Source: an uncultured Syntrophaceae bacterium (GTDB lineage Bacteria; Desulfobacterota; Syntrophia; Syntrophales; UBA2210). Taken from it: DNA of 64,000 nucleotides. Below are positions 9,088-18,388 of this stretch, piece by piece. The notes under the pieces are model-generated. The model searched no databases, had not been told where the DNA came from, and saw only the letters and a program-made list of their open reading frames with translations. How positions within the stretch are numbered: position 1 is the first letter of the stretch; each line of letters begins with the position of its first letter. The position numbers and the translations under genes were made by a program. Location: assembly GCA_964394725.1 (NCBI GenBank), contig CAYMYS010000001.1, positions 1,763 to 65,762 on the forward strand, given 5' to 3'.

Positions 9088-9219
9088 CAGCCATGTCTTC
9101 CGGCATCAGACATACATGGATCTCTAGCGCCATCAGTAACATTATTGTCACTGTTTACAGTTATCGGTTGACGGTTAAACGAACAGATATATCTATACCG
9201 TCAAATACCCGCCCTGATA

Positions 9220-9266
9220 ATTGAAGCTCCCCGCAACAAGTTGCGGGGAATCTCCGACTATTTCAG
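9220..9266 (+). repeat. Composite palindromic intergenic element, copy c1
   Basis: ATTGAAGCTCCCCGCAACAAGTTGCGGGGAATCTCCGACTATTTCAG. The core hairpin is CCCCGCAA/TTGCGGGG. The distal TTTCAG contains the lpdA TGA (9263-9265, minus strand). Confidence 0.85.
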
Positions 9267-10642
9267 ACGTGAATCGCCTCTCCCACAGCTGCCAGGACGG
9301 CCTCTTTCACCGTCTCACACAATGTGGGGTGAGGATGGATGGTCTCCTTCACCTCTTCCACTGTCATGCCCGCCTTCACCATGGTTACCGCCTCGCCCAG
9401 GAGGTCGGTGGCATGGGGTCCAAACATGTGAACGCCCAGGATTCTGTGTGTTTTTTTATCTACTACTGTCTTTACGAAGCCGCTCGTCTCCTCCATGGCA
9501 TGGGCCATGGCGTTTGTTTTAAAGGTGGCCTTTCCCTCCAGGATTTCCAAACCCCTCTCGACGGCCTCGGCAGCCTTTAGACCGACGCTGGCAATTTCTG
9601 GATCTGTATAGATGAAACCCGGTACTGCGTCATAGTTCATTGAAGATGTGTGTCCCATGATATTTTCCACGGCCACGATCCCCTGTTCACTTGCCACGTG
9701 GGCAAGGAGAAATTTGCCCGTCACATCTCCGACGGCGTAGATATTCGCTATGTTCGTCTCCATACGGTCATTCACGACAATCCCCTGGGGTGCGTATTCA
9801 AGGCCCATCTCTTCAAGCCCCAGCTCTTCCGTGTTCAACCGTCGGCCCATTGCCAGAAGACAATAATCGGCGGTTATGGTCTCCCCTTCCATCTTTATAT
9901 CGACGGATCCCTGGGGATAGTTTCGTTCCAGCGCCTTCACCGCCGTCTTTGTCATGACCGTGACGCCTTGTCGTTTCAAGCGCCCCTCCAGCCGTCGGGC
10001 GATTTCCCTGTCCTCTGTGGGGACGATACTGTCGAGCATTTCGATGAGATGGACTCGTGACCCGAGCTGACTGAAGAGACAGGCAAACTCACACCCCGAA
10101 ACGGAACCGCCGATGACGGCAATACTTTTGGGAAGGTGATCAAGATCGAGGGCCTCCGTCGTCGTTATAATCCGGTCTCCATCATATGTGATAAATCCCG
10201 GAACAAGGGGCCGCGACCCCGTTGCAATGACGATGGAATCGGCCGATTCACTTACACATTGCCCGTCCCTGCCACGGATCTCCACCGTAGTAGAATCGAG
10301 AATACGCCCCCTCCCCTTGATGAGGGATATCCTGTTTTTTTTGAAGAGCCCATAGATGCCGGCAACATTGTTGCGCACGACGGTATTCTTCTTTTCCACC
10401 ATTTTATCGAAACGGAGGTCATCAGTTGTACAATATACACCATATTGTCGGCAATTCTGTGTGGTTTGATAGACGCGCGCGGCGTGGAGCAGCGTCTTGG
10501 TAGGGACACATCCCCAGTTGAGGCACGTCCCCCCCAGTTCTTCCTCTTCGACAACAGAGACCTGCGCTCCCAGTTGGGCGGCCCTGATTGCGGCGACATA
10601 CCCGCCCGGTCCGCCGCCGATGATAACTATTTTTTTGGCCAT
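9263..10642 (-). CDS. lpdA: Dihydrolipoyl dehydrogenase (E3)
   Basis: 'IIGGGPGGYVAAIRAAQLG' FAD fold and redox-active 'CLNWGCVPTK'. 459 aa. Confidence 0.92.
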   Translation of the reverse strand: MAKKIVIIGGGPGGYVAAIRAAQLGAQVSVVEEEELGGTCLNWGCVPTKTLLHAARVYQTTQNCRQYGVYCTTDDLRFDKMVEKKNTVVRNNVAGIYGLFKKNRISLIKGRGRILDSTTVEIRGRDGQCVSESADSIVIATGSRPLVPGFITYDGDRIITTTEALDLDHLPKSIAVIGGSVSGCEFACLFSQLGSRVHLIEMLDSIVPTEDREIARRLEGRLKRQGVTVMTKTAVKALERNYPQGSVDIKMEGETITADYCLLAMGRRLNTEELGLEEMGLEYAPQGIVVNDRMETNIANIYAVGDVTGKFLLAHVASEQGIVAVENIMGHTSSMNYDAVPGFIYTDPEIASVGLKAAEAVERGLEILEGKATFKTNAMAHAMEETSGFVKTVVDKKTHRILGVHMFGPHATDLLGEAVTMVKAGMTVEEVKETIHPHPTLCETVKEAVLAAVGEAIHV

Positions 10643-10663
10643 TCTGTCTTGCTCCTCGATTAT

Positions 10664-10713
10664 ATTGAAGTTCCCCGCAACAAGTTGCGGGGAATTCGCT
10701 CACTGTTCAGTTC
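10664..10713 (+). repeat. Composite palindromic intergenic element, copy c2 (between E2 and E3 genes)
   Basis: ATTGAAGTTCCCCGCAACAAGTTGCGGGGAATTCGCTCACTGTTCAGTTC. The first 32 nt are 31/32 identical to c1. Confidence 0.9.
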
Positions 10714-10720
10714 CTCTAGA

Positions 10721-11920
10721 CTATTGAAGCAGCGTCTTTGGGTTTTGTAAATGATATTTTATCTTGTTGACAAACTTGGAGGCCAGCACCCCATCAACGA
10801 CCCGGTGATCGACGGACAGGGTCATTGTCATAACGTCTCTTATACAGAGGTCGTTACTATCTGAGACTACCACTCGCTTTTCAGTAGAACCGACTGCCAG
10901 GATTGCACTCTCGGGGGGATTGATGATGGCGACAAAATTTTCAACATTCAGCATACCCATATTGCTCACAGTAAAGGACCCCGTCTCCAGGTTGGGCTGT
11001 TTGCCCGCCTGCACCAGACCGATGATTTCCTTGGACTGCTGAGCGATTTCCTTCAATGACAATGTGTTTGCCCGTGGAAGGACGGGTACGATAAGTCCGT
11101 CTTCCACGCCCACGGCAATCCCGATATTGGCATCGTTCAGGTAGACAATGTCATCTCCCTTTATGGCGGCATTGACCTGGTAAAATTCCTCCAGAGCCAG
11201 GGCCGATGCCTTGACGATCATGTCGTTGACGGATATTTTCGGTTCGGCAACCTTGTTCAGTGTTTGGCGCAATTTTATTGCCTCATCCATGACTACGGAA
11301 ACGGTCACATAAAAATGGGGAATCGTCTGCTTGCTCTGCTGCATGCGCCGGGCAATGACACGCCTCATCTTTGACAGGGGAACAGCCCTACCTCGATCGG
11401 CTGAAATGGATGGTCCCGAAGTCTGCGGCCTCGCGGTTTTCTGCTCTTCCACATAGGCAATAACATCCTTTTCGACTATACGGCCATTGGGACCGGTACC
11501 CGTGATTCCGGACAAATCGACACCCCTTTGGGCGGCACGCTTCCGTGCTCTCCCCGATACCTTGATTCGTCCTGTCTCCTTTTTCTCTTCACCCTCCGCG
11601 CGAGTGCGTATTTTTGCAATGTCAACACCCGTCTCTTCCTTCTTTTCCTCTCCCAGGAATGAGTCGATATCGACGGTTTCACCACCTTCTGCGATGACGC
11701 CGATGGTCGAAAAGATGGGCGCCACTCCCCCCTCGGGGACAATTATCTTGACCAGTATACCATCGACCGAGGCCTCCACTTCGAAAACGGCCTTTTCCGT
11801 TTCGACGACGCAGATGACATCTCCCTTCTTCACTGGTTCAGATTCCGCTTTCAACCAGTTGACGACGGTGCCTTCATTTATGTCCTGCCCACCTTGGGGC
11901 ATGATTATTTTTACAGCCAT
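10721..11920 (-). CDS. Dihydrolipoamide acyltransferase (E2) of an acetoin/2-oxoacid dehydrogenase complex
   Basis: Lipoyl domain 'VVETEKAVFEVEA', an E3-binding-like segment, and catalytic 'LSVDHRVVDG'. Confidence 0.9.
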   Translation of the reverse strand: MAVKIIMPQGGQDINEGTVVNWLKAESEPVKKGDVICVVETEKAVFEVEASVDGILVKIIVPEGGVAPIFSTIGVIAEGGETVDIDSFLGEEKKEETGVDIAKIRTRAEGEEKKETGRIKVSGRARKRAAQRGVDLSGITGTGPNGRIVEKDVIAYVEEQKTARPQTSGPSISADRGRAVPLSKMRRVIARRMQQSKQTIPHFYVTVSVVMDEAIKLRQTLNKVAEPKISVNDMIVKASALALEEFYQVNAAIKGDDIVYLNDANIGIAVGVEDGLIVPVLPRANTLSLKEIAQQSKEIIGLVQAGKQPNLETGSFTVSNMGMLNVENFVAIINPPESAILAVGSTEKRVVVSDSNDLCIRDVMTMTLSVDHRVVDGVLASKFVNKIKYHLQNPKTLLQ

Positions 11921-11954
11921 TGCTTGTTTCTAACCTCCAATAGATCCCTTAGAC

Positions 11955-12926
11955 TTATACCATTGCTAAAACGCCCGCGACGATTTCCTCCACCGAGGGG
12001 ATAGATACCTTTTCGATATTCAGATTATAGGGGATGGGCGTGTTTTTCCCGGCTATCCGTATGACGGGACCATCCAGGTCATCATAGGCCTCTTCCATGA
12101 TCATGGACGCAATATCTCCACCGATACCACCGCGCTTACATGCCTCGTGGACAATAATGACACGCCCCGTTTTTCGCGCCGACGCGAGCACCGTCTCCTT
12201 ATCGAGGGGTGTCAGGGTTCTCAGATCGACAACCTCTACACTGATACCCTCTTTTTCAAGGGCCTCGGCGGCTTCGAGACATTTGAGCGTCATGGCTGAG
12301 TAGGTAATCAGTGTGACGTCCTCGCCCGCTCTTTTTATGTCCGCCTTCCCGATGGGCAACAGATATTCCTCATCGGGGACCTCCCCCTTCGTCATGTAGA
12401 GGAGCTTGTGTTCGATAAAGATGACGGGTTCGTCGTCCCTTATCGCTGATTTTAACAGACCGCAGGCATCATAGGGGGTGGCAGGCATAATCAACTTCAA
12501 CCCGGGAATGTGGTAGAAGAGGGCCTCCAGACTCTGTGAGTGCTGTGCCGCAAGGCCGTTTCCGGCCCCTCCCTGGGTCCTCATAACCATGGGAACCGTC
12601 CCCTGGTCTCCAGACATAAATTTGTATTTGGCCGCCTGATTTACGATCTGATCCATGACAAGCATGGTAAAATCGACGAAGAGGTGTTCTATCACAGGAC
12701 GGGCACCGACGAGGGCTGCACCGACGGCCATACCGGTAAAGGATGCCTCTGCAATGGGGGTATCGATGAGACGTTCCAGTCCAAATTCCTTCCAGAGACC
12801 GTCAGTTACCTTGTATGTTCCACCGAACTCAGCAATCCCTTCACCCATTATAAATACCAGGGGATCCCTTTTCATTTCTTCATAAAGGGCCCTGTTTAAT
12901 GCTTCACGATACATTATTTCTGACAT
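11955..12926 (-). CDS. TPP-dependent dehydrogenase E1 component, beta subunit
   Basis: 323 aa. Typical E1-beta N-terminus 'MYREALNRALYEEMKRDPLVFIMGEGI' and a transketolase-like C-terminal domain. Confidence 0.9.
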   Translation of the reverse strand: MSEIMYREALNRALYEEMKRDPLVFIMGEGIAEFGGTYKVTDGLWKEFGLERLIDTPIAEASFTGMAVGAALVGARPVIEHLFVDFTMLVMDQIVNQAAKYKFMSGDQGTVPMVMRTQGGAGNGLAAQHSQSLEALFYHIPGLKLIMPATPYDACGLLKSAIRDDEPVIFIEHKLLYMTKGEVPDEEYLLPIGKADIKRAGEDVTLITYSAMTLKCLEAAEALEKEGISVEVVDLRTLTPLDKETVLASARKTGRVIIVHEACKRGGIGGDIASMIMEEAYDDLDGPVIRIAGKNTPIPYNLNIEKVSIPSVEEIVAGVLAMV

Positions 12927-12949
12927 TGTGTTACTCCTGACTACTATTC

Positions 12950-13933
12950 TTACTCGTTAATAACGCTTTGCAAAAACTCATCGACAGAGGGTTCTGGACT
13001 GCTTTTGGCGAACGCGACTGCCTCTTCCAGTTCACCGTCGATCTGTTCTTCAATCTTCTTGATCTTGGCCTCGTCCTGTATCTTGCCCTGCAAGACAATC
13101 ATGGGATCTCGCTCTTTCCACTGCTTGAGCAATTCCTGATCCATATAGAGACCGGGATCATTCACGTGGTGTCCACCGTGGCGATAGGTGTTTGCCTCTA
13201 TCAGAGTCGGACCCTCTCCCTTTCGCGCCCGTTCGGCAGCCTCTTTTGTCGCATTATATACGGCGACGGCATCGTTTCCATCTACGCAGACCCCCGGTAT
13301 GCCATAGGCAGGCCCACGGCCCGCAAGGTTGCAGTCTCCCGAGGAAAATTCCACCTTTGTGCCGACGGCATAATGATTGTTCTCCAACATAAAGATAACG
13401 GGAAGTTTGTAAATCGATGCCAGGTTGATTGATTCGGCGAAGACACCATTATTCGATGCCCCGTCACTGAAGAAAGTAACCACCACCTGACTGGTGCCCC
13501 TTATCTTGATTCCCATTCCCGCACCCGTACCGATGGGAATGCCTCCCCCAACAATACCATTGGCGCCCAGGTTATTGTCCTCCTTGCACGAAATGTGCAT
13601 CGAACCACCGCGGCCCTTGCAGAGACCTGTTTCCCTGCCCATTATCTCGGCTATCATCAGTTTCAGATCTGTGCCCTTGCTGACACAGTGACCATGGCCC
13701 CGGTGGGTGCTGATGATATAATCATCTGCATTAATGGCAGTACAGGCCCCGGCGGCGATCGCCTCTTCGCCGAGGTAGGGATGGAGAAACCCCCGAATCA
13801 ATCCCTGGCGATAGAGATCTATACAGGTCAATTCAAAGCGACGTGTAGCGTAAATCTTCTTATACATCTCCAGCAGTGTCTTTTCTGCGACAACTGGCAA
13901 CTTATCTTTCTTGGCTGGTTCTTTTTTTACCAT
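12950..13933 (-). CDS. TPP-dependent dehydrogenase E1 component, alpha subunit
   Basis: TPP motif 'FFSDGASNNGVF...LENNHYA'. Start moved from 14002 to the ATG at 13933 (MVKKEP...), which follows AGGAG at about 8 nt. Confidence 0.85.
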   Translation of the reverse strand: MVKKEPAKKDKLPVVAEKTLLEMYKKIYATRRFELTCIDLYRQGLIRGFLHPYLGEEAIAAGACTAINADDYIISTHRGHGHCVSKGTDLKLMIAEIMGRETGLCKGRGGSMHISCKEDNNLGANGIVGGGIPIGTGAGMGIKIRGTSQVVVTFFSDGASNNGVFAESINLASIYKLPVIFMLENNHYAVGTKVEFSSGDCNLAGRGPAYGIPGVCVDGNDAVAVYNATKEAAERARKGEGPTLIEANTYRHGGHHVNDPGLYMDQELLKQWKERDPMIVLQGKIQDEAKIKKIEEQIDGELEEAVAFAKSSPEPSVDEFLQSVINE

Positions 13934-14040
13934 TTCTTTTACTCCTGTAACGTTAAAAAGTTTGGTAGTATAAACTACCTCTATATCAACTCGACGCTCC
14001 ATCTAGGGTCGAGGTACTGTTTTTACCGGCCCGCCGTGGA

Positions 14041-14841
14041 CTAGTCCGTCCGCGAGCCTCCATCGACATTAATTGCCTGTCCCGTTATATTGCAGGCGGC
14101 CTCGGATGCCAGAAAGGCAACCAGATTTGCCACATCTTCCGGTTCCTGCGGTCTTCCCAAGGGAACCCTCGCGGCAACGGATTTATCGAAAATTTCCCGT
14201 GCCGATAGGCCTTCAAAATCAGGATTGACCTTGGCCCACTTGTAGGCCAGTTTTTCCCACATGGGTGTCCAGAGAAGTCCCGGGCAGACGGCATTGACAT
14301 TGATGTTATAGGGCGCCAGGATCATGGTCATGGTCCGCGTCAGGCTGATAACTCCCGCCTTCGAAGCGGCATAGGCAGGATTAATGACGGTAGCCTGCTT
14401 TCCCGCTACAGACGCAATATTGATAATCTTTCCATAGCGAGCCGCTTTCATATGGGGAATCACTGCATTGGAAACATTGGCTACACCCTTGACGTTTATA
14501 CGGTGAGTTATATCCCAGTCCGCGTCCGTCGTGTCATCACGATCGGCCCATCCCGGAGCGGCAACAACACCGGCATTGTTTACCAGTATATCTATGCGAC
14601 CGAAGCGGGCAATGACCGCCTCCACCATCTTTTGAATCGTTTCGCCGTCGGTCACATCGAGATGGGCGGTCATACTCTGCCGCCCGTACCCCTCTATTTC
14701 CTTCTTTATATCTTCAAAGGCACTATCAACTATGTCTCCCACTACGATATGGGCGCCCTGCCTGGCAAGCGTTGCAGTAATCGTCCGGCCGATACTGCAT
14801 GCCCCGCCGGTAACAAGGGCTATTTTATCAGTAACATCCAT
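14041..14841 (-). CDS. SDR family oxidoreductase (acetoin reductase/diol dehydrogenase-like)
   Basis: 'VTGGACSIGR' (TGxxxGxG) and 'YAASKAG' (YxxxK). Confidence 0.85.
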   Translation of the reverse strand: MDVTDKIALVTGGACSIGRTITATLARQGAHIVVGDIVDSAFEDIKKEIEGYGRQSMTAHLDVTDGETIQKMVEAVIARFGRIDILVNNAGVVAAPGWADRDDTTDADWDITHRINVKGVANVSNAVIPHMKAARYGKIINIASVAGKQATVINPAYAASKAGVISLTRTMTMILAPYNINVNAVCPGLLWTPMWEKLAYKWAKVNPDFEGLSAREIFDKSVAARVPLGRPQEPEDVANLVAFLASEAACNITGQAINVDGGSRTD

Positions 14842-14892
14842 CTTTTTAAAACTCCTTTAATAATTTTTCTCTATCAAACAAAAACCGGCCAG

Positions 14893-16185
14893 CTATTTTA
14901 TATATCCAAAATATCTGGGCAGGAATGTAGAAAGGAATGGAACAAAGGTAACAAATAGTATAAGCACCATCTGCATCACTGTAAATGGTAATATCTTCCG
15001 CACCAGATCTTCAAATTTGACCGAACTGACACCGCAGGCCGTGAAGAGTGTCAATCCCACGGGGGGCGTTGACAGACCGACAGTCAGATTGACAAGGACG
15101 ATGAGGGCGAAATGAAGGGGATGCAACCCGAGTTGCGTAATGACCAGCGGCGCCAGCAGGGGGACGAAGATGACGATATTGACGGTGAGATCCATGAACA
15201 TCCCTGCTAAAAGCAGTAATAGATTGACGAGGAGCAACAGAATAATCGGATTGTCGGAAATACCGAGGATGAAATAGGCAACCTTATCCCCAAGATCATA
15301 AAAGGCTACAACCCAGCCGAAGAGGGAGGCCGTTGCAATGACAAAGAGGATCATCGTCGATGTCAGAAGGCTTCGAAGAAACATGGGGAAAATATCCGAC
15401 AGCTTGAGGGCTCGTGTAATGAAAAATCCAACGAAAAGCCCATAGGCAACTGCGATGGCCGCGGCCTCCGTGGGGGTGCAGATACCACCCAGGATACCCC
15501 CGAGTATGATGATCGGCATAATAAGACCGTGGCTGGCCGCCATGAGGGCCCGGAAAAATTCTTTTACCGTGGCACGCTGCTTCTTTGTCCCATAATTCTT
15601 GTATCGCGAAATGCCATAGGCCGCCGCCATGAGGCACAGACCCATACCGATGCCGGGAAGAAACCCTCCGAGAAAGAGTGCGGCCACCGACTCACGCATG
15701 ATGGAGGCATAGATGATCATGGGAATACTGGGCGGAATAATGGGACCAATAACCGATGAACTTGCAGTGACGGCTGCGCTGAAGCCTTCATCATAGCCAT
15801 CTTTTTTCATCGCTGGAATCAGTATCTTCCCCAGGGCGGCCGTATCGGCCACGGCCGACCCCGATATGCCGGCGAAGATTATGCTGGCAACGATGTTCAC
15901 ATGGGCAAGCCCACCTCGAAGATGTCCCACGAGGACAGTGGCAAAGCGAATCAGTCCCTCGGTAATTTTGGCATGATTCATCACCTCGCCCGCCAGAATG
16001 AAAAAGGGAATGGCCAGCAGGACGACATCATCGACGGCTCCGAACATCCGCTGTGGTATGAGCTTAAAGATCAGGGGATTCCCCGTTTGGAGAAAGGTAA
16101 AATAGGTCGTCGTTCCCAGCACGAAACAGATAGGAACACCCGCCAGGAGGAGAACTGCAAATGTGACAAGTATGAACGTGATCAT
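14893..16185 (-). CDS. dctM: TRAP transporter large permease
   Basis: 430-aa polytopic membrane protein with DctM-like sequence. It follows the small permease gene. Confidence 0.88.
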   Translation of the reverse strand: MITFILVTFAVLLLAGVPICFVLGTTTYFTFLQTGNPLIFKLIPQRMFGAVDDVVLLAIPFFILAGEVMNHAKITEGLIRFATVLVGHLRGGLAHVNIVASIIFAGISGSAVADTAALGKILIPAMKKDGYDEGFSAAVTASSSVIGPIIPPSIPMIIYASIMRESVAALFLGGFLPGIGMGLCLMAAAYGISRYKNYGTKKQRATVKEFFRALMAASHGLIMPIIILGGILGGICTPTEAAAIAVAYGLFVGFFITRALKLSDIFPMFLRSLLTSTMILFVIATASLFGWVVAFYDLGDKVAYFILGISDNPIILLLLVNLLLLLAGMFMDLTVNIVIFVPLLAPLVITQLGLHPLHFALIVLVNLTVGLSTPPVGLTLFTACGVSSVKFEDLVRKILPFTVMQMVLILFVTFVPFLSTFLPRYFGYIK

Positions 16186-16251
16186 AGACTGAACCTCAAT
16201 TAAAGTATCAATTCGTTATTTCGGACAAAAGGCTACCATGTGTGATATCCC

Positions 16252-16797
16252 TCAATAATCAATCATATCTATATAATCGGGCTCAAATTCTTTTATCAGA
16301 TCTTCCTTACTGAAAAATGAAAGGCATTCATTGAGAACCAGATATACAATCTGCAGAAGAATGCAGCTTGCGCCAATGGGTATTCCGACGTAGCACCAGA
16401 AATAGGAAATATTCAGATATGTTAACGTCTGAGCTGTGCCGAAGAGGCTGAGACTCCATCCATGGGTGATGGTTGCAACGACAAAAAAGATGGCGACTAT
16501 ATAGCCCAGAACCATGACAATATTTTGAACCTTGCGGGGTGTCCTTTCCACAAGCATCGTCAGTCCGATATGCAGTTTGCGGCGCGTCACCAGGGCGGCG
16601 CCGAAAAAAGTCAACCAGACCAGTAATATTCTTGACAACTCCTGCGTCCATGAAAGGGCGTTGCTTAACACATAATTGCAAAAGACCTGCAGCATTATGC
16701 ACAAAAAGACCGCCATCAATAGTCCAAAAGAAAAATACTTGTCCGCCCAGTCGATCCAGTAGGCTGTTTGATTAAAGGCTCGAATAAATTTAAACAT
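16252..16797 (-). CDS. dctQ: TRAP transporter small permease
   Basis: 181 aa with four predicted TM segments, positioned between the dctP and dctM homologues. Confidence 0.8.
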   Translation of the reverse strand: MFKFIRAFNQTAYWIDWADKYFSFGLLMAVFLCIMLQVFCNYVLSNALSWTQELSRILLVWLTFFGAALVTRRKLHIGLTMLVERTPRKVQNIVMVLGYIVAIFFVVATITHGWSLSLFGTAQTLTYLNISYFWCYVGIPIGASCILLQIVYLVLNECLSFFSKEDLIKEFEPDYIDMIDY

Positions 16798-17140
16798 ATT
16801 TTTTATACTCCCGTGTCGAGATGAAAAGCGTCACATCATCAGTGGCGCAACTTTTGTCACTATCCTTACTGCCTGTACATATTCCGCACTATATATATTC
16901 CCTCACAAAAGGGATTGTTTGCTATTTACGAATAAATCGAATCCACTCAAAGACATAAGGTTTTATGCCCTTAAAATAACACACAAGCCGGACAATTTGA
17001 ACAACGATATAATGAACATTAATACAAAAACATAGTTGTTGAGAATAAAGCATTTCACTGCACGGGGGCCTTCCCCTTCTTCCTTAATGGCTGCCGATCC
17101 TTCTTCATACCAGTCGATTATACCCAGGGATTTATATCAT

Positions 17141-17182
17141 TCGATATCCCCCTGGCACATTGGAACGCCAAGGGGATATCGA
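17141..17182 (-). promoter_or_regulatory. Strong hairpin 9 nt downstream of the dctP stop (intra-operon processing/attenuation or mRNA-stabilising structure)
   Basis: TCGATATCCCC (17141-17151) pairs with GGGGATATCGA (17172-17182), an 11-bp perfect stem. The 20-nt loop contains TGGC/GCCA. No U-run follows. Confidence 0.5.
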
Positions 17183-17191
17183 ACTGTTATC

Positions 17192-18265
17192 TTACTTTCC
17201 CATCTTTGCCTTTATTTCTTTATCCCATGCGGCCTTCTCTACGTCGATGGCCTTCGTAAATTTGTCAATCCATTCCTTGCCAACCTCTCCCGTAACCCAT
17301 TTAAGATACGGGGGCTGCGCCAGGGCCTTGAACTGATCTTTCTGTTCCTCGGTAAGGTAATTCACCTTCACACCTGCATCGAGATACTGCTGAATTGCGC
17401 CGTAATCTGCAACACGGCTGTATCCATTGGCTGCGCGGTCGGACTGATCGGCTGCCTTCTGTATGATGTACTGATAATTTTCAGGCAGTTTCTTATAATA
17501 GGCATCGTTCATCAAGAGCGGCTGAATATTGTATGCGTGATTACTGATGGTGAGATACTTGATAACCTCATCCAGTTTGATGACCAGTCCCGAAGAACTT
17601 TCAGTCTCAGCGCCTTCGGCCACTCCCGTCTGCATAGCAGTATAGAGCTCACTCCAGGGGATGGTTACGACGCCTGCGCCCATGCCGCGGAACATCAGCA
17701 GCAATCCCTTGTTTTCAGGTACCCTGAATTTCATCCCCTTCATGTCTGCCGGGGTAAAGATCGGTTTCTTGCTGTAGAACTGTCTGAATCCCACACCTTC
17801 ACACCAGTTCAGCACACGAATTCCCGTCTCTGCACGTACCGCTTCGGCAAGTTCGTCACCGAAGGGTCCTCGCAGGACACGCATGGCAATTTCAGGATTA
17901 GGGAAAATATAGGGGATCTGCAACATGGCTATCTTCTTGGTGAAAATGGTAAAGACAGAGGTGTAGTTAATCGTTGCCTGAATGGCGCCCATCTGCGTCG
18001 ATTCTGTCATTTCACGTGTATCGCCCAGTTTAAAATTGGGATATACCTTAACTTCCACATCACCGTTCGTGTCGGCCTCTACGATGCGTTTGAATATGAG
18101 AGAATTCACTACGGGGGGATCGGTGGGGAACTTATCAAAAGCCACACTGTGATGACCCAGCTTTATGGTGTAGGTGGGGGCCTTGGCTATGGAAAGACTC
18201 GGCTGCAGCATAAATACACAGGCTACAACAACCACAAATAACAATGTTACATACTTTTTACTCAT
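17192..18265 (-). CDS. dctP: TRAP transporter substrate-binding protein
   Basis: 357 aa. N-terminal signal peptide 'LLFVVVVACVFMLQPSLSIAKA' and a DctP-family body. Confidence 0.88.
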   Translation of the reverse strand: MSKKYVTLLFVVVVACVFMLQPSLSIAKAPTYTIKLGHHSVAFDKFPTDPPVVNSLIFKRIVEADTNGDVEVKVYPNFKLGDTREMTESTQMGAIQATINYTSVFTIFTKKIAMLQIPYIFPNPEIAMRVLRGPFGDELAEAVRAETGIRVLNWCEGVGFRQFYSKKPIFTPADMKGMKFRVPENKGLLLMFRGMGAGVVTIPWSELYTAMQTGVAEGAETESSSGLVIKLDEVIKYLTISNHAYNIQPLLMNDAYYKKLPENYQYIIQKAADQSDRAANGYSRVADYGAIQQYLDAGVKVNYLTEEQKDQFKALAQPPYLKWVTGEVGKEWIDKFTKAIDVEKAAWDKEIKAKMGK

Positions 18266-18388
18266 TGTAATTTCCTCTCTAATCTTGGAGTATGTGTAAA
18301 ATGATTCTTTTCAGTTTCACTGAAATGACCCTCAGCAAATCAATCTGCTATCCCTCTATTCTTTGTCCGCTAACACCTCCTTTCATAC

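Noticed and set aside
9221-9580. ORFs 9221..9580 + and 9241..9522 +, which start inside repeat copy c1 (MKLPATSCGES...).
   Set aside because: Their starts are created by the repeat sequence itself, and the rest is antisense to lpdA. A similar peptide (LKFPATSCGEF) appears wherever the repeat is translated.
12950-14002. Track-defined starts for E1-alpha (14002), serC (38097), hldC (32741), rpmE (56705), rbfA (46710), the transketolase N-subunit (20473) and rpiB (22275).
   Set aside because: Downstream ATGs with Shine-Dalgarno sequences, family-typical N-termini, or removal of overlaps with upstream genes fit better. The adjusted coordinates are given in the features.
17036-18241. Long ORFs antisense to well-supported genes: 17036..18241 +, 23467..24243 +, 38226..39014 +, 46520..47245 +, 35663..36316 +, 4486..5121 -, 8335..8928 -, 7693..8253 -, 10136..10750 +.
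   Set aside because: Each lies entirely within, and opposite to, a gene with clear family motifs. Their translations are low-complexity or Cys/His/Arg-rich without motifs. They are typical shadow ORFs.
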